From Candidatus Woesearchaeota archaeon (GTDB lineage: Archaea; Nanobdellota; Nanobdellia; Woesearchaeales; UBA583): 64,000 nt of DNA. The notes beneath the pieces were generated by a model, which saw only the letters and a list, made by a program, of their open reading frames with translations, was not told where the DNA came from and did no database searches. The DNA lies in NCBI GenBank assembly GCA_965205335.1, contig OZ242164.1, positions 1,024,001 through 1,088,000 of the forward strand. Direction: 5' to 3'. Numbering within the stretch: the first letter of the stretch is position 1; each line of letters begins with the position of its first letter. Shown here in pieces: positions 10,501 to 21,535 of the stretch. Made by a program: the position numbers and the translations under genes.

Positions 10501-10712
10501 GGTTTTTTGTTATTTCTTATTTGTGTAATAGTTTTGGTTTGAAGTCTAATTTAATTGCTCTTATATACTTATAATCTATTATCAAAATACATAAACAATT
10601 AGAATTCGTGTGTTTCTAACCAAAACATTTAAAAATAATTAAATCATAGTATTTTTTCTAAAGGTACAATAGTAAGGGAGAACAGATATAGTAAGTTCTC
10701 CTATAAAATTTA

Positions 10713-11348
10713 ATGATGCGAGTTCTGATATTGATAGATACTGAGAATTTTACAAGAAGTATTTCTAAGGTGTGTAAAGAAAGGAAACAAAACAGATATA
10801 TAGATTGGCATAAGATTAATTCTTTTGTACTTGATTATTTAGGAAAAAATAGACAGTACGAAAAAGAAAATTTAATACATACAAGAACTTATTATTATAA
10901 TGGTGAGATAACCGATAAATTATTAAAGAAGATAAAAAATGCAGGTGTAGATGAACATATTGAAAAGGCACAAAGAATAAAAAGTAAATCTGAAATTTTT
11001 AGCAAACATACTAAGGATTTTTATTTTTTTGAAGTGAAAAGCAAACCATTGCATTATAGCAAGGAAAAAGGTTTATTTCAAAAGGGAATTGATGTAGAGT
11101 TAGCAGTTGATTTGGTAAAATGGGGGTTTGGAGATTGTTATGATGTTGTAGCATTATTTTCGGGAGATGTTGATTTGCTTGAATCAGTTAAGACAATAAA
11201 AGATTTAGGCAAGCATGTTATAACTTTTTCCTGCGATGGAGTTATGGCACATGATTTGAAGTCTAATGTGGATATGTTTGTGGATTTTTCTAAGTTATCT
11301 GATGAATATTTAGATTTATTTTCTCATATTTTTGTAAAGAGGACATGA
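10713..11348 (+). CDS. NYN/LabA-DUF88 PIN-fold nuclease
   Basis: LIDTENF, QKGIDVELAVD, FSGDVDL, GKHV, L...D.FVD. Confidence 0.9.
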   Translation: MMRVLILIDTENFTRSISKVCKERKQNRYIDWHKINSFVLDYLGKNRQYEKENLIHTRTYYYNGEITDKLLKKIKNAGVDEHIEKAQRIKSKSEIFSKHTKDFYFFEVKSKPLHYSKEKGLFQKGIDVELAVDLVKWGFGDCYDVVALFSGDVDLLESVKTIKDLGKHVITFSCDGVMAHDLKSNVDMFVDFSKLSDEYLDLFSHIFVKRT

Positions 11349-11356
11349 TTATAACA

Positions 11357-11484
11357 GGCTCTGTCCGAAAATTCAAGAGAACTTAAAATATTGTATCAAT
11401 AAAGCAACTTTTGACGAATAATTTTTTTCTTTGATTGAATATAGTTAGCATAGATTTTGGAAAAAGCAATTTCCGGACAGAGCC
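11357..11484. mobile_element. 128-bp MITE with GGCTCTGTCCG(A/G)AAATT terminal inverted repeats
   Basis: 17-bp inverted repeats with 1 mismatch enclosing non-coding AT-rich DNA between convergent genes. Confidence 0.75.
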
Positions 11485-11765
11485 TATGTGAAAAAGAAAC
11501 TTAATATAATCTTGTATATTTCATATATAACAAGAGTCCACCATATAAAACTCCATAAGTCTCCAATAACCATAAAGAGCATAATAATACCTACAATTAT
11601 GTCAATAAAGCTAAGTACATCACGACTTGTCAGATAGAAAAAGAGTCCTTTCATCATTGGAAGAGTTGCCCCCACTAATACATATATGGTACTCATATAA
11701 TCTGCAAAGAATAGTACAAGTAATGTGTGTAAGTCTATTAGGGCAAGCAGTTTAACTATTAGCAT
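11484..11765 (-). CDS. Small multi-pass membrane protein
   Basis: 93-aa hydrophobic ORF with upstream TATA-like element. Confidence 0.7.
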   Translation of the reverse strand: MLIVKLLALIDLHTLLVLFFADYMSTIYVLVGATLPMMKGLFFYLTSRDVLSFIDIIVGIIMLFMVIGDLWSFIWWTLVIYEIYKIILSFFFT

Positions 11766-11895
11766 AGTATGTACAAGATTATTATTTGATTATAAATTTT
11801 TCTAAGTTAAGTAATTTTATTATTAATGTAGTACTTGCAATAGTAGAAATATTAATCTGGAAAGTTTTTTAAATAAAATTGATTTATGATTATTT

Positions 11896-12444
11896 ATGGG
11901 GAAGAAACCAAAGAATGTTTTAATTGTGGAGAATCAAAGTTGTCCTGTTTGTTCTAAGAAGAAGGCAACTTTTTCTGAGTATGAGGTTGAAGATCCTTTT
12001 GCAGGTGTTATTGCAATTTTTGCTGTAAAGTGTAATTCATGTGGTTTTAAGAATTCAGATATTGAGTTTGCAAATCCCAAGACTCCTGCTCTGTATTGTG
12101 TTGATATTGAGAGTGTTAATGATTTGAATATTCGTGTTATTAAGTCAGGGCTGTGTCAGATTGAAATTCCCGAGTTCAAAGTTAGTGTTGATTCTACAAT
12201 GGAGGGATGTGGATTTATTTCAAATGTTGAGGGTGTTTTAAATAGGTTTAAGAAGCAGGTTGAGTTTTTAATGGAGGATTCTGCTATGGATAATTCTAAG
12301 ATGAAGAAGTTAAATGGTATTTTAGATGGGATCGAAGAAGTTTTTAATGGCACTAGGAAGATAACTTTGAAGTTAGTTGATGATTCAGGGAATTCTGCAA
12401 TTGTTTCTGATAAGGCAAAGGTTAAGAAGTTGAAAAAGTCCTAA
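11896..12444 (+). CDS. ZPR1 zinc-finger domain protein
   Basis: CPVC...CNSCGFKNSD, DLNIRVIKS, GFISNVEGVL, DDSGNSAI. Confidence 0.93.
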   Translation: MGKKPKNVLIVENQSCPVCSKKKATFSEYEVEDPFAGVIAIFAVKCNSCGFKNSDIEFANPKTPALYCVDIESVNDLNIRVIKSGLCQIEIPEFKVSVDSTMEGCGFISNVEGVLNRFKKQVEFLMEDSAMDNSKMKKLNGILDGIEEVFNGTRKITLKLVDDSGNSAIVSDKAKVKKLKKS

Positions 12445-12566
12445 GTTTAGTTCAAATTTGAAAGTAAAATATGTAAGTTTGTATGTTTTGTTCTGAGTGG
12501 TTTTTTAGATTTTTACCCAATGGAGTAATAACTAATGTTTAAAAGTTATGTTTTTGGTTACGTTTT

Positions 12567-15210
12567 ATGGATATTAGAAAGGGGCTTAGATATTTTGTTA
12601 TTTTAAGTTTGGGTTTAGTATTTTCTTTATATTCTGTTTATTCTGCTTGCGATACCATTCCTAAAAATATTACTGTTAGGTCAGGTGGGATTGATGTTGG
12701 AACTTTTGGTTTGGATGATCAAGTTTTTGTTAAACCTGATTTTATAAATAGTCCTTTAACGCTTAGTTTTTTGTTTCATGGTTCTCAAAAGGATTGTATT
12801 ACTTCTGATAATATTAAATTTAGGTTAATTCCAGATGCAGGATATGGGCCTTTTGGTTCGGTATCATCAAGTCCGATTAATGAGAATTTGTATGTGTTTG
12901 TGGTAAGTGTTACTATAAATACTATAAGTATTTCAAATTCTATAACTCCTTCTTATAAGGTGACTACTAAGGATGATAGTAGCGGGAGTGGGAGTATTAC
13001 TCTTTTAAAAGATGATATTGGACCTGAGATAACTGTTACTTATGATGAAAAAGATGTCTACTGGGATAATAAGTTGATTGAGTTTGAGATTAGAGTTAAG
13101 GATTCGGGAGCAGGGCTTTCAAGTTTGATTTTGCCGGGGGGAACTTCAGGAATTATAGATTATGAAGGAAATAAGTCTGATGTTGTTGTTTATAATGATA
13201 CTCCAAGCAGTTCAAAAACTTATAAGTTTACAGCAGAGGATGTTTTAGGTAATACTTATGAGAAGAATGTTAGTATTGTTGTTGATTCTGATTCTCCTGT
13301 TATTTCCAATGTAGAGAGTGAGATGAATTTTTATAATTCAAAGAGGTATTTTGATGTCTCTGCAACTGTTTCTGATTCATCTGTTGCTCTTGGCAAGGAA
13401 ATTAATGTTTTTGGGAATTTTTCCCAAGTAAATCCTTCTGCCAATTGGGTGCGTGTAAACTGTCAAAATTTAGCAAGTTCTGAAAATACTCTTAATTGCA
13501 GGTGGAGGATAGAGGTAAGTCTTGATAAGACTTCAGAGGTTATGGTAAAGATTTTTGCAAAAGATGAGTTTGGGCATAATGATTCCATTCATAAAGATTC
13601 TCAGGTGTTTATTGATAATTTAGGACCTCATATTATTGATTTTTATCTTAAGAACAAGTTAGGTGTTAGAAATGTTTTAAGTCCAGAGGATAAGAATGCT
13701 TCTATTGTTGTTAAGTTCAAGGATGATTCTCTGCCTCAAGATATTGAAGGAGATATGAGAAGGTCTGAGAAATTTGGTAAAAGTGGATTTTTCCCCCCAA
13801 ATCCTTCTTGTGATCCTGAGGGAGATGATGTTACATGTGTTTATTTACTGAGAACTGCCCCACGGGCTTATAGGGGTTTTATTTCTTATAGTGATAATTA
13901 CAGTATTACTTTGTATGATGAGTTTAGTAATTCTAATAGTAAGACTTTTTCACTTGAGGTTGATAATGTTGCTCCTGTTATTGATAGAATTGAGTTAGAT
14001 GAGGTTGGTACTGATATTGATGACAGGGTTATAACTTCTGGTGAGAGTATAGAGTTTAAGGTGTATATTAATGATTCTAATTTGGATAGTAACGGGAAGT
14101 ATTTTGTTTTTGGAAATTTTTCAAAGTATTGATCTTTCTGATGACAATGACAGGAGTTGAAGGTAATTGCAAGGCTTGGGATGAGGTTTCGTATGAGTGT
14201 TCTTTTAGCGGCATTAGTGTTGGGAATGGTTATTTTAAGAGAAATGTTTCTTTTTTGGTTTTTGATGCTGCGGGGAATGGAGTTAATGAGATGTATGAGG
14301 TTGAGGTGTTTAAAGTAGGTGATGAGGTTTCAAGTTCTTTTCGAATACCTGATTTGAAGATTTTAAATCCTATTCACAGAGAGCGTATCAGACAATCTTC
14401 TGTTAAGGCATGGTTTAGGGGAAATATTGAGAGAGTTGATGAGACTATGTTTATTGTTAATTATCAGATTAAGGAGTGTGATCTTTCCTTCATTAAATCC
14501 TCTGCTTATTGTAGATGGTCCCAAGTTATTTCCAAATGAGGTTGTTTATTTTGGTGATCAGGAGAATGTTTTTGAGTTTGCTATTGAGTCCCAGTTAGCA
14601 GCACATAATGGATTAGATACTGATTTAAATGATAAGTCAATGGAGTGCACTATGAGTATTTTAAAGAGAGATAATACTACTGTGTACAATAATCCAGAAT
14701 TTGTTAATTTCAGTTTAACATATTCCTTTTATGAAGAATATAGGGGCGGATTGCTTAGAGCACATGCAGAAGATATCTTAAGCGATATAGAAGATGCGGA
14801 GAGATTAGGAGATTTTTTTGATAAAACATGGAAAGTTTACAGATTTTTTGATAATATCTGTTCAGTAATATCCAAAACAACTGGAGTAGTTAGTACTTTT
14901 ACTAATGCTTTAAATGGAGTTTCTATGATTCTTAAAGCATCTGGGGTAAAGTCGTTTTTAGGTATTACTCTTAGCAAGTTAAGTATGAAAACACAGGGAC
15001 CTCTTTCTTGGTTATTTGGCACAAATCCGGTTATCCAGAAAGCATGTGGGTTTGTAACGTGTGAACATGGAGGTTTTATAACTACTAATCGTTTGGCAAA
15101 AACTAAGATTGGAAGTAAAATTTCAAAAGGATTTAATAAGTTTGAAAATGCCTGTGTAGATTTAGTAAGTAATCCAATAACCCCAAAAAAAAAAACGGTT
15201 GAAAGAATGA
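12567..15210 (+). CDS. Large secreted Ig-like repeat surface protein with Cys-containing helical C-terminus; frameshifted near 14130 and 14490 (ORFs 12567-14132, 14129-14539 and part of 14427-15536)
   Basis: Signal peptide; repeated A.D..GN......VD...P beta-sandwich motifs continue across frames; likely indel errors or decay. Confidence 0.65.
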
Positions 15211-15918
15211 TCAATCATAAATATAAATTCTGGAAAGTGAATTTGGTTTTGTTTTTAGTTCTTAGTATGTTGTTAGTTATTCCTTTGAATATGAGTTCTG
15301 CATTTGCCGATGATATAAAAGGAGGTGAAGTGTCTTCTAGAACTTGCAAAATCCCTTTTAATGTTAAGGATTCTCTTGTTATGTCTATTGTAACTTTATG
15401 CATCCCAGGAATTTTAGAGAAAGCACATGAATTGAAGAACAATAAATGCCAGTTAGTTGTATGCAAATATAATGCAGTTCTAAATGATTTAGACCCAGCT
15501 TTTTGTGATAAGCAAGACGCTTACAGGAACTTGTAAATTTGTTTGGGGAGAATTATTTGCAATTCCTCCTGCTAGTATAGTTGAATTTTTCAGAGGGATT
15601 GTTGCAAATATGCACTTGCAGATCCAATAGCTTTTGGATTTAGTGTAGGAGTAACAGTGCTCAGACACAAAGTCACTTCTTGTATATTGGACAGATGATG
15701 CAACTCCACGGTGTAATGTAGGAGCGATTATTTTAGGAATCACAGATATTACAGCGAGTATTCAAAGAATTAAAGGTATTGCAGAATATGGGTTTAGATA
15801 TTTCAATCCTACAAGAGCTGAGTATTGTGAGCAGATTGATGACATAAAAACAGAGATGGAAAAAATAATAAATGCAACAAATAATGAAAACAAATTAGCA
15901 CAAGGAGGAGAAGGCTAA
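15207..15918 (+). CDS. Secreted Cys-rich protein, frameshifted near 15525 and 15610
   Basis: Own signal peptide (NLVLFLVLSMLLVIPLNMSSAFA); SLVMSIVTLCIPGILEK..C....C..FC continues as TCKFVWGELFAIPP in another frame; stop at 15916-15918. Confidence 0.55.
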
Positions 15919-15919
15919 A

Positions 15920-18900
15920 ATGAAAAAAATACTTATTATTACTTTATTTGTTATGATGTTGTGCTTTGGAGTTTAGTTTTTGCTCCAGAGGAGATTAAAA
16001 TTCCAGCTGAACTAAGTACTAAAATTATGGGATTTATGAAAATATCCTGAATACCATCTAACACCGTAATGGTGATAGTTATACATTTAAAGTTACAATT
16101 CAGGAATGATATGTATGGATAAAGAAAAGTAATTAGAGCAGGTAGTTTTTCAGATGCACTTAATCTTTACATGGAAATAGAATTTCTAGATGAAAACATC
16201 GTTATTATAAGCAAAATGAAAGATTTGCGTATTTTGGTGATCGGGGAGAAGAATTTACTATTTAATGCTGAATTCTATGAGAAATAATTAGCGTGAGGCT
16301 ATTCCTCCCATTAAGAACAGCGCAACAGGTAACTGAAACATTATTTTGGTAGTCCTGAGGGATCATTACCAGAAGGGTAACAAATTACTAATAAAGATGG
16401 AAGAAAGTCATGCATTACAGTATAATAGGAAATTTTCTTGTGATGTGAAGGATGGAGATATAAAGAAATATTATTAAGGTACAAGATGGAGAAGAAAGAC
16501 TTAGTACAAACCTATTCCAGTCTGGGTCTGCTGATGGTGCTTCTGATCTTCTGATCTTCTGATCTTCTGATCCTGCTGCTACTGATCAAAATGCTCCTAA
16601 ACCTGCTCCAAAATGGTGTTCCTTCTCAAAATGGTGTTCCTTCTCAAAATGGTGTTCCTTCTCAAAATGGTGTTCCTGATCCTGCTGCTTCTTCCTGCTT
16701 CTTCTGCTCCTAAACCTGCTTCTTCTAGTCTTGATTTTACTATTACTCTACAGTTCAATTAGTAGAAGAGTAGCTAGTTCTGGACCTCTACAGATAGTTT
16801 GTGAACCCAAAAGTCTATGTCAAAGTTGCTAAAAGATTAGAATGCAGGGATCCCAGTGGTTGTGGAGATATTGAATATAGTTTAGAAGATGTAAATGATG
16901 AAGACCTTAAAACCGTTTTTGAAAGAAGAAGCTCTCTTAATACAATTAAAGAAAAAGAAGATTTTTTGAGAGTTTTGAATGAAAATGGAGATTATTTAAG
17001 TGAAAATATTGATGGTGTTTTGGCGGAATTTTATAGTAAGTGTAGAATCTGAAGGGTAAGAAAAGGATTGTTAATTTGAATGGATTATGCTCCAAATTTA
17101 GGGGAGGTAAAATGGATTGTCTGAAAATTTTTATTGAAAAAAACTCAGAACATTTAATATCCAGAATTGGAGATAGAAGTTTTGTTATTGGGCCAGAAAC
17201 TATAGTGAAAATGTTTGAAGAACGAGATTCTAAAAGTTTAAAATTATATGGACATATAGCAAAAGCAGTTTTGGAAAAATACTAATTTTGATAATTTTGA
17301 TGGAGAAGAACTTGAAGCGGTTTATTATAACAGAGAGAAATTATTTCCTGAAGGTGATGAAAGTAATGATATAAAACTTGTGAAAGCTTTGAGTGAAAAT
17401 GGTGTTATTGGAAAGAATCCTGAAATGGTAGGATATGCAATGGATGTAGATGAAAAAGCAGAATCAAATATTATTGATTGGGAGAAAGCATGCCCTAAAG
17501 GGACTAAAGCGAATTGTCTGATTAAAATGGTAGAAAAAAATTCTGATTATGCAGTATCTGTAGTTGAGAATGGAAGATTTAAACCTGATAGAGAAGCTTT
17601 GGCAAAATTAGTTGCATACTCAGGATTTGATCATGAAACAAAACAACTAATCTTCGACGGTATTAATGGGAAACGTTGTAAGGGAATCTGGGGAAAAATT
17701 ACCTGTCTTTTTAAGGATAAATTAATACAACAAGAATTACATAATGAAAATTTTGATGCAGAAATATACAATGTTATAGATAGAAATTCGAAAGTTTCAA
17801 AAAAAATTGATACTTGTTTGGAAGGTGATAAATGTGTGAAAGAAGAAGTGATATGTGAAGAAGGAATGAGTGCTAGTAATTGTCGGGAATCTATTGAAAT
17901 AAAATTATGTCCTCCTACAAAATCTAAAGATGTTTGTGATAAAGCAAATAGGATATTAGATGAAAATCGAAAATTAGATCCTACTAAATTAGTGCAGTAT
18001 AATAAAGATGTAATAAAAGCAAACATAAAGGCTGGAGGAGTTACATGTGAATATGAAGAGGATAAAGATTGTGAAAGGGTTGCTAAAGCGTGCAGTGGAG
18101 ATCCTATTTCATCGGGTTGTAGAGATGCTATGACTTCTTATTGTGAGGTTATGGCCAAGAAAAGAAAAGGGAAAATAGACTGTTCAAAAATAATAGGTGG
18201 ATTAGAAAAAGCTAAGAAAGACCAGTTTGTTGAAACTAATGTTGGTTTTACTATTCTTGATGCTATTCTAAATCCTGACCAAAGTGCTATGGATACAGTC
18301 AGACTCATAGGTGGAATCTTCGGATATGAAGCAGATTATACTTGGCTTCCGAATTGGCTTAAAGAGGATGTAAGTTCATCAATATGCCTCGCTAAAATTG
18401 ATGGATACCTTGATGAAGCAGTTTCTGATGGAAGAGGAGGTCTTACTCAATATGAACGTGAACTTGAAACAGAGCCAAGAACTGGACAACCATTTGATTC
18501 AAATGTGGTTGTAAGAGCAGATCTGAGAGGACAACGCTCACGAATTCTTCCAGATGATTCTGTAAATATCATGTATTCATATTACCTAAGAGCACCTGAC
18601 GATAAAGACTTATTATATAATTTAAGACTTGGTTATATTAAAGATGGAAATAAAGTAATAAAGGATTTATTTAGCGAACCAAGAATTAGAAATCTCTCAA
18701 AAGGCCAAACCGTTTCAGATTTCCAATCAATAAAATTACCACCAATTAATGATTCTGAAGATGTAGACCCAAACTCATTCTCACTTAATTTTAGAGCAAA
18801 ACATAATGATAATAAAATAGTTGATTTAATTGCCCCTATGGTCCTTATAGAAAGTGGAAATACAATCTCAGGCAGAGCTAGAATTTCATCAGGCGGTTCT

Positions 18901-18948
18901 GGTGTAAGTAATCAGGAAAACGCTTACAGTGATTTCTGGGATGATTAA
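15920..18948 (+). CDS. Very large secreted Cys-rich protein; 5' half fragmented by many indels, 3' half intact (17380-18948)
   Basis: Signal-peptide start MKKILIITLF at 15920; coding-like fragments 16801-17052 and 17076-17285 resemble the start of the 522-aa ORF; Pro/Ser linker repeats. Confidence 0.5.
16540..16677 (+). repeat. Tandem repeats: (CTTCTGAT)x4 and (CAAAATGGTGTTCCTTCT)x3.8, encoding a QNGVPS linker
   Basis: Read directly at 16540-16571 and 16609-16677. Confidence 0.9.
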
Positions 18949-19080
18949 CCCTTGAAATAATGGTTCACAAGAATTTAGGTGGATTTTAAATTCTTCTATT
19001 TCATAACTGATTCATTGTTTCTTAAAAAGAGTGGATACTATAACAATTAAATGCATTTCTATTAATTACTATTAATAGTA

Positions 19081-19120
19081 AACTGATAGTAATTGATAGT
19101 AATTGATAGTAACTGATAGT
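19081..19120. repeat. 10-bp tandem repeat AA(C/T)TGATAGT x4
   Basis: Read directly; intergenic. Confidence 0.9.
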
Positions 19121-19247
19121 AAAATAATATTTTCCCTTATATGAAAATGTCTTAAAATTCAGGATAGATTTTAGATTGAATTATTAAGAAATATTGTTTT
19201 TCATAGAAGATATTTGATTAAATTTTTATTAAGAACAACCCTAAAAC

Positions 19248-19266
19248 CTTTCGTTTCAAACGAAAG
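19248..19266. promoter_or_regulatory. Perfect 9-1-9 palindrome CTTTCGTTT-C-AAACGAAAG abutting the TATA box of the AAA ATPase gene
   Basis: Palindrome followed by ATTTATATATAAA about 25 nt before the ATG at 19297. Confidence 0.55.
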
Positions 19267-19296
19267 ATTTATATATAAATTAATACATTACATTGT

Positions 19297-20568
19297 ATGG
19301 ATAGAAATAAATTAAAATTAATCATGTTAGATCAAAGAAGTTCATTTCTATCAGAAAAAGAATTAATTGATAGAGAAATAGACATAGATAATTACATTAA
19401 ATCAAAACAAATAGTTCTAATTTCAGGCATAAGAAGAACAGGAAAATCATCTCTACTATATCTCATAAAAAATAAATTAGAAATAAATGATGAGAACATT
19501 CTATATTTCAATTTTGATGATGTGAGATTAAGTGATTTTCAAATTGATGATTTTAATTTAATATATGAACTTCATTTAGAATATTTCAACCCAGACTTAA
19601 ATAAACTAACCATCTTTTTTGATGAAATTCAAAATATGTCTAACTGGGAAAAATTCCTAAACAGAATGTATGAAAAAGGCATAAAGATATATGTCACAGG
19701 TTCAAATGCCAAACTATTAAGTTCAGAAATTGCAACATCTTTAACAGGAAGAAATCTTCAATTACAATTATATGTCTTCTCCTTTAAAGAATACCTTAAA
19801 TATCACAAATTTGATTTTGAATTAAGCACACTAACAACTGAAAAAAGGGTTAAACTATTATCCTATTTTAACAATTATCTAAAATTCGGAGGATTCCCCT
19901 TAGTAGTTATAGAAAAAAATTTAGAATTAGTTAAATCATATTATAACGATATATTATACAGAGATATAATCGCAAGATTCAATATATCCCAAGTTGAAGA
20001 AATAAAAATATTAGGAAGTTATCTGGCTTCAAATACTGGGAAATTAATTTCATACTCAACATTAAAAGAAATTAGCAAGTTAAAAAGTTTAAGCACACTA
20101 AAAAACTATATTGATTATTTTGAAAATTCATTTCTATTTTACTTTTTAAAAAAATATGATTATTCAGTAAAAAAGCAGATATTGAATCCAAGAAAAGTAT
20201 TTGTTTGCGATGTTGCATTTAGTTCCCAGATAGGATTTAAATTTTCAGAGGATACTGGAAGAGATTTAGAAAATTTGGTATTTGTGCATTTGAAACGATT
20301 AGGAAAGGAGACATATTACCATAAAGATAAATATGAATGTGATTTTGTAATTAATGATAAAAGCAAAATAATACAGGCACTTCAGGTCTGCAAGAATTTA
20401 GATAGTTCAGAAACAAAAAAAAGAGAAATAAGAGGACTACTTGATGCTATGGATAAATATGAATTAAAAGAAGGCTTAATTTTAACGGAAAATGATGAAG
20501 GAAAAGAGATTATTAATAGAAAGAAAATAATCATAAAACCTATATGGAAGTGGTTACTTGAATTTTAA
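19297..20568 (+). CDS. AAA+ ATPase with DUF4143 C-terminal domain
   Basis: Walker A GIRRTGKS, FFDEIQ, VTGSNA, LTGR, GGFP, LENLVF..L, ECDFV. Confidence 0.92.
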   Translation: MDRNKLKLIMLDQRSSFLSEKELIDREIDIDNYIKSKQIVLISGIRRTGKSSLLYLIKNKLEINDENILYFNFDDVRLSDFQIDDFNLIYELHLEYFNPDLNKLTIFFDEIQNMSNWEKFLNRMYEKGIKIYVTGSNAKLLSSEIATSLTGRNLQLQLYVFSFKEYLKYHKFDFELSTLTTEKRVKLLSYFNNYLKFGGFPLVVIEKNLELVKSYYNDILYRDIIARFNISQVEEIKILGSYLASNTGKLISYSTLKEISKLKSLSTLKNYIDYFENSFLFYFLKKYDYSVKKQILNPRKVFVCDVAFSSQIGFKFSEDTGRDLENLVFVHLKRLGKETYYHKDKYECDFVINDKSKIIQALQVCKNLDSSETKKREIRGLLDAMDKYELKEGLILTENDEGKEIINRKKIIIKPIWKWLLEF

Positions 20569-20832
20569 ACAAGGCGGGTTCTGTTCAAAATTTTTCGGTT
20601 TTTATTGCTTAAGCAAGAAAAGTTAGAGTTTGAAGATTTAAAAAAAGTGGATATGATAAATTACTACAATTTCAAACATTCCCCCGAATTTCAGAGGTAC
20701 TTTACCCCACCCAAACTAAAAGAGTCTCCTACAAATTGATTTGAGAAAGTGTTTTTTTGGGATTGGTGGGAAAATACACAATTTAGGGAATTTCAGTAAA
20801 TTTATAAATAAATAAATACATAAGTATTTATT

Positions 20833-21081
20833 ATGGCTTTATTAGATGAAGAAATTGAAACTTTTAAAAAGAATAAAGAGAATTTGTTACAAGATCATTT
20901 AGGTAAATATGTTTTAATAAAAAAAGATAAAATTATAGGAACATTTTTTGATAAAAGAGATGCAATAAATCAAGGATATAAAAGATTCCCAAATCAAGAG
21001 TTTTTAGTAAAAGAAATTCAGGAATGTGATGAAGAAATAAAATTAAGTAATTATGGTGTTAAAGTCTTATGCCCTTTGTGA
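20833..21081 (+). CDS. DUF5678-like small protein (cassette cargo)
   Basis: FKKNKENLLQDHLGKYVLIKKDKIIGTF...DAINQGY pattern; TTTATAAA at 20801. Confidence 0.75.
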   Translation: MALLDEEIETFKKNKENLLQDHLGKYVLIKKDKIIGTFFDKRDAINQGYKRFPNQEFLVKEIQECDEEIKLSNYGVKVLCPL

Positions 21082-21467
21082 ATAAAAAATTTCCTGATAA
21101 AATTACTCATCCAGTTTTGGAATGTAATTTTATAAATCCTAACGATAATAAAAAAATAGAAAAGAATTGTATTTCTTTAATTGACACAGGAGCAACACAT
21201 ACAGCGGTAGATTTATCTATCCCTAAAAAATTAGGATTAAAACCAATAAGTAAAACATCAGCAATTACAGCAGGTGGAAAAGTTGAAGATGTGTATATAT
21301 ATGAAATTAGTTTAACCATAAAACCATTTGAACCATTAATTTTACAATGTCTTGCAATGGATTTATATGATAAGCAAAGAATATATGCTTTAATTGGATG
21401 TGATTACTTATGTAATTTTTATTTTGTATTTGATGGACATTTGAATATGATAAAAATAGGAAAATAA
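21069..21467 (+). CDS. Retropepsin-like (clan AA) aspartic protease (cassette cargo)
   Basis: LIDTGAT catalytic motif, TAGG flap, LIGCDYL; overlaps upstream gene; stop lies inside the right TIR. Confidence 0.88.
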   Translation: MPFVNKKFPDKITHPVLECNFINPNDNKKIEKNCISLIDTGATHTAVDLSIPKKLGLKPISKTSAITAGGKVEDVYIYEISLTIKPFEPLILQCLAMDLYDKQRIYALIGCDYLCNFYFVFDGHLNMIKIGK

Positions 21468-21535
21468 AAACCGACAAATTTTGAACAGAACCAACAAGGT
21501 GATAAATTTATAAAAAATCACATTATAAGATTAAT

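Larger units (their letters stand above)
20577..21492. mobile_element. Non-autonomous 916-bp cargo cassette with IS6-like GGTTCTGT ends
   Basis: 30-bp TIRs with 1 mismatch (20577-20606, 21463-21492); flanking 9-bp repeats AACAAGGCG/AACAAGGTG; no transposase. Confidence 0.85.

Noticed and set aside
15920-17380. Stop-codon recoding or programmed frameshifting explaining the broken ORFs
   Set aside because: Breaks are indels in varying frames rather than one stop type, and housekeeping genes read normally in code 11
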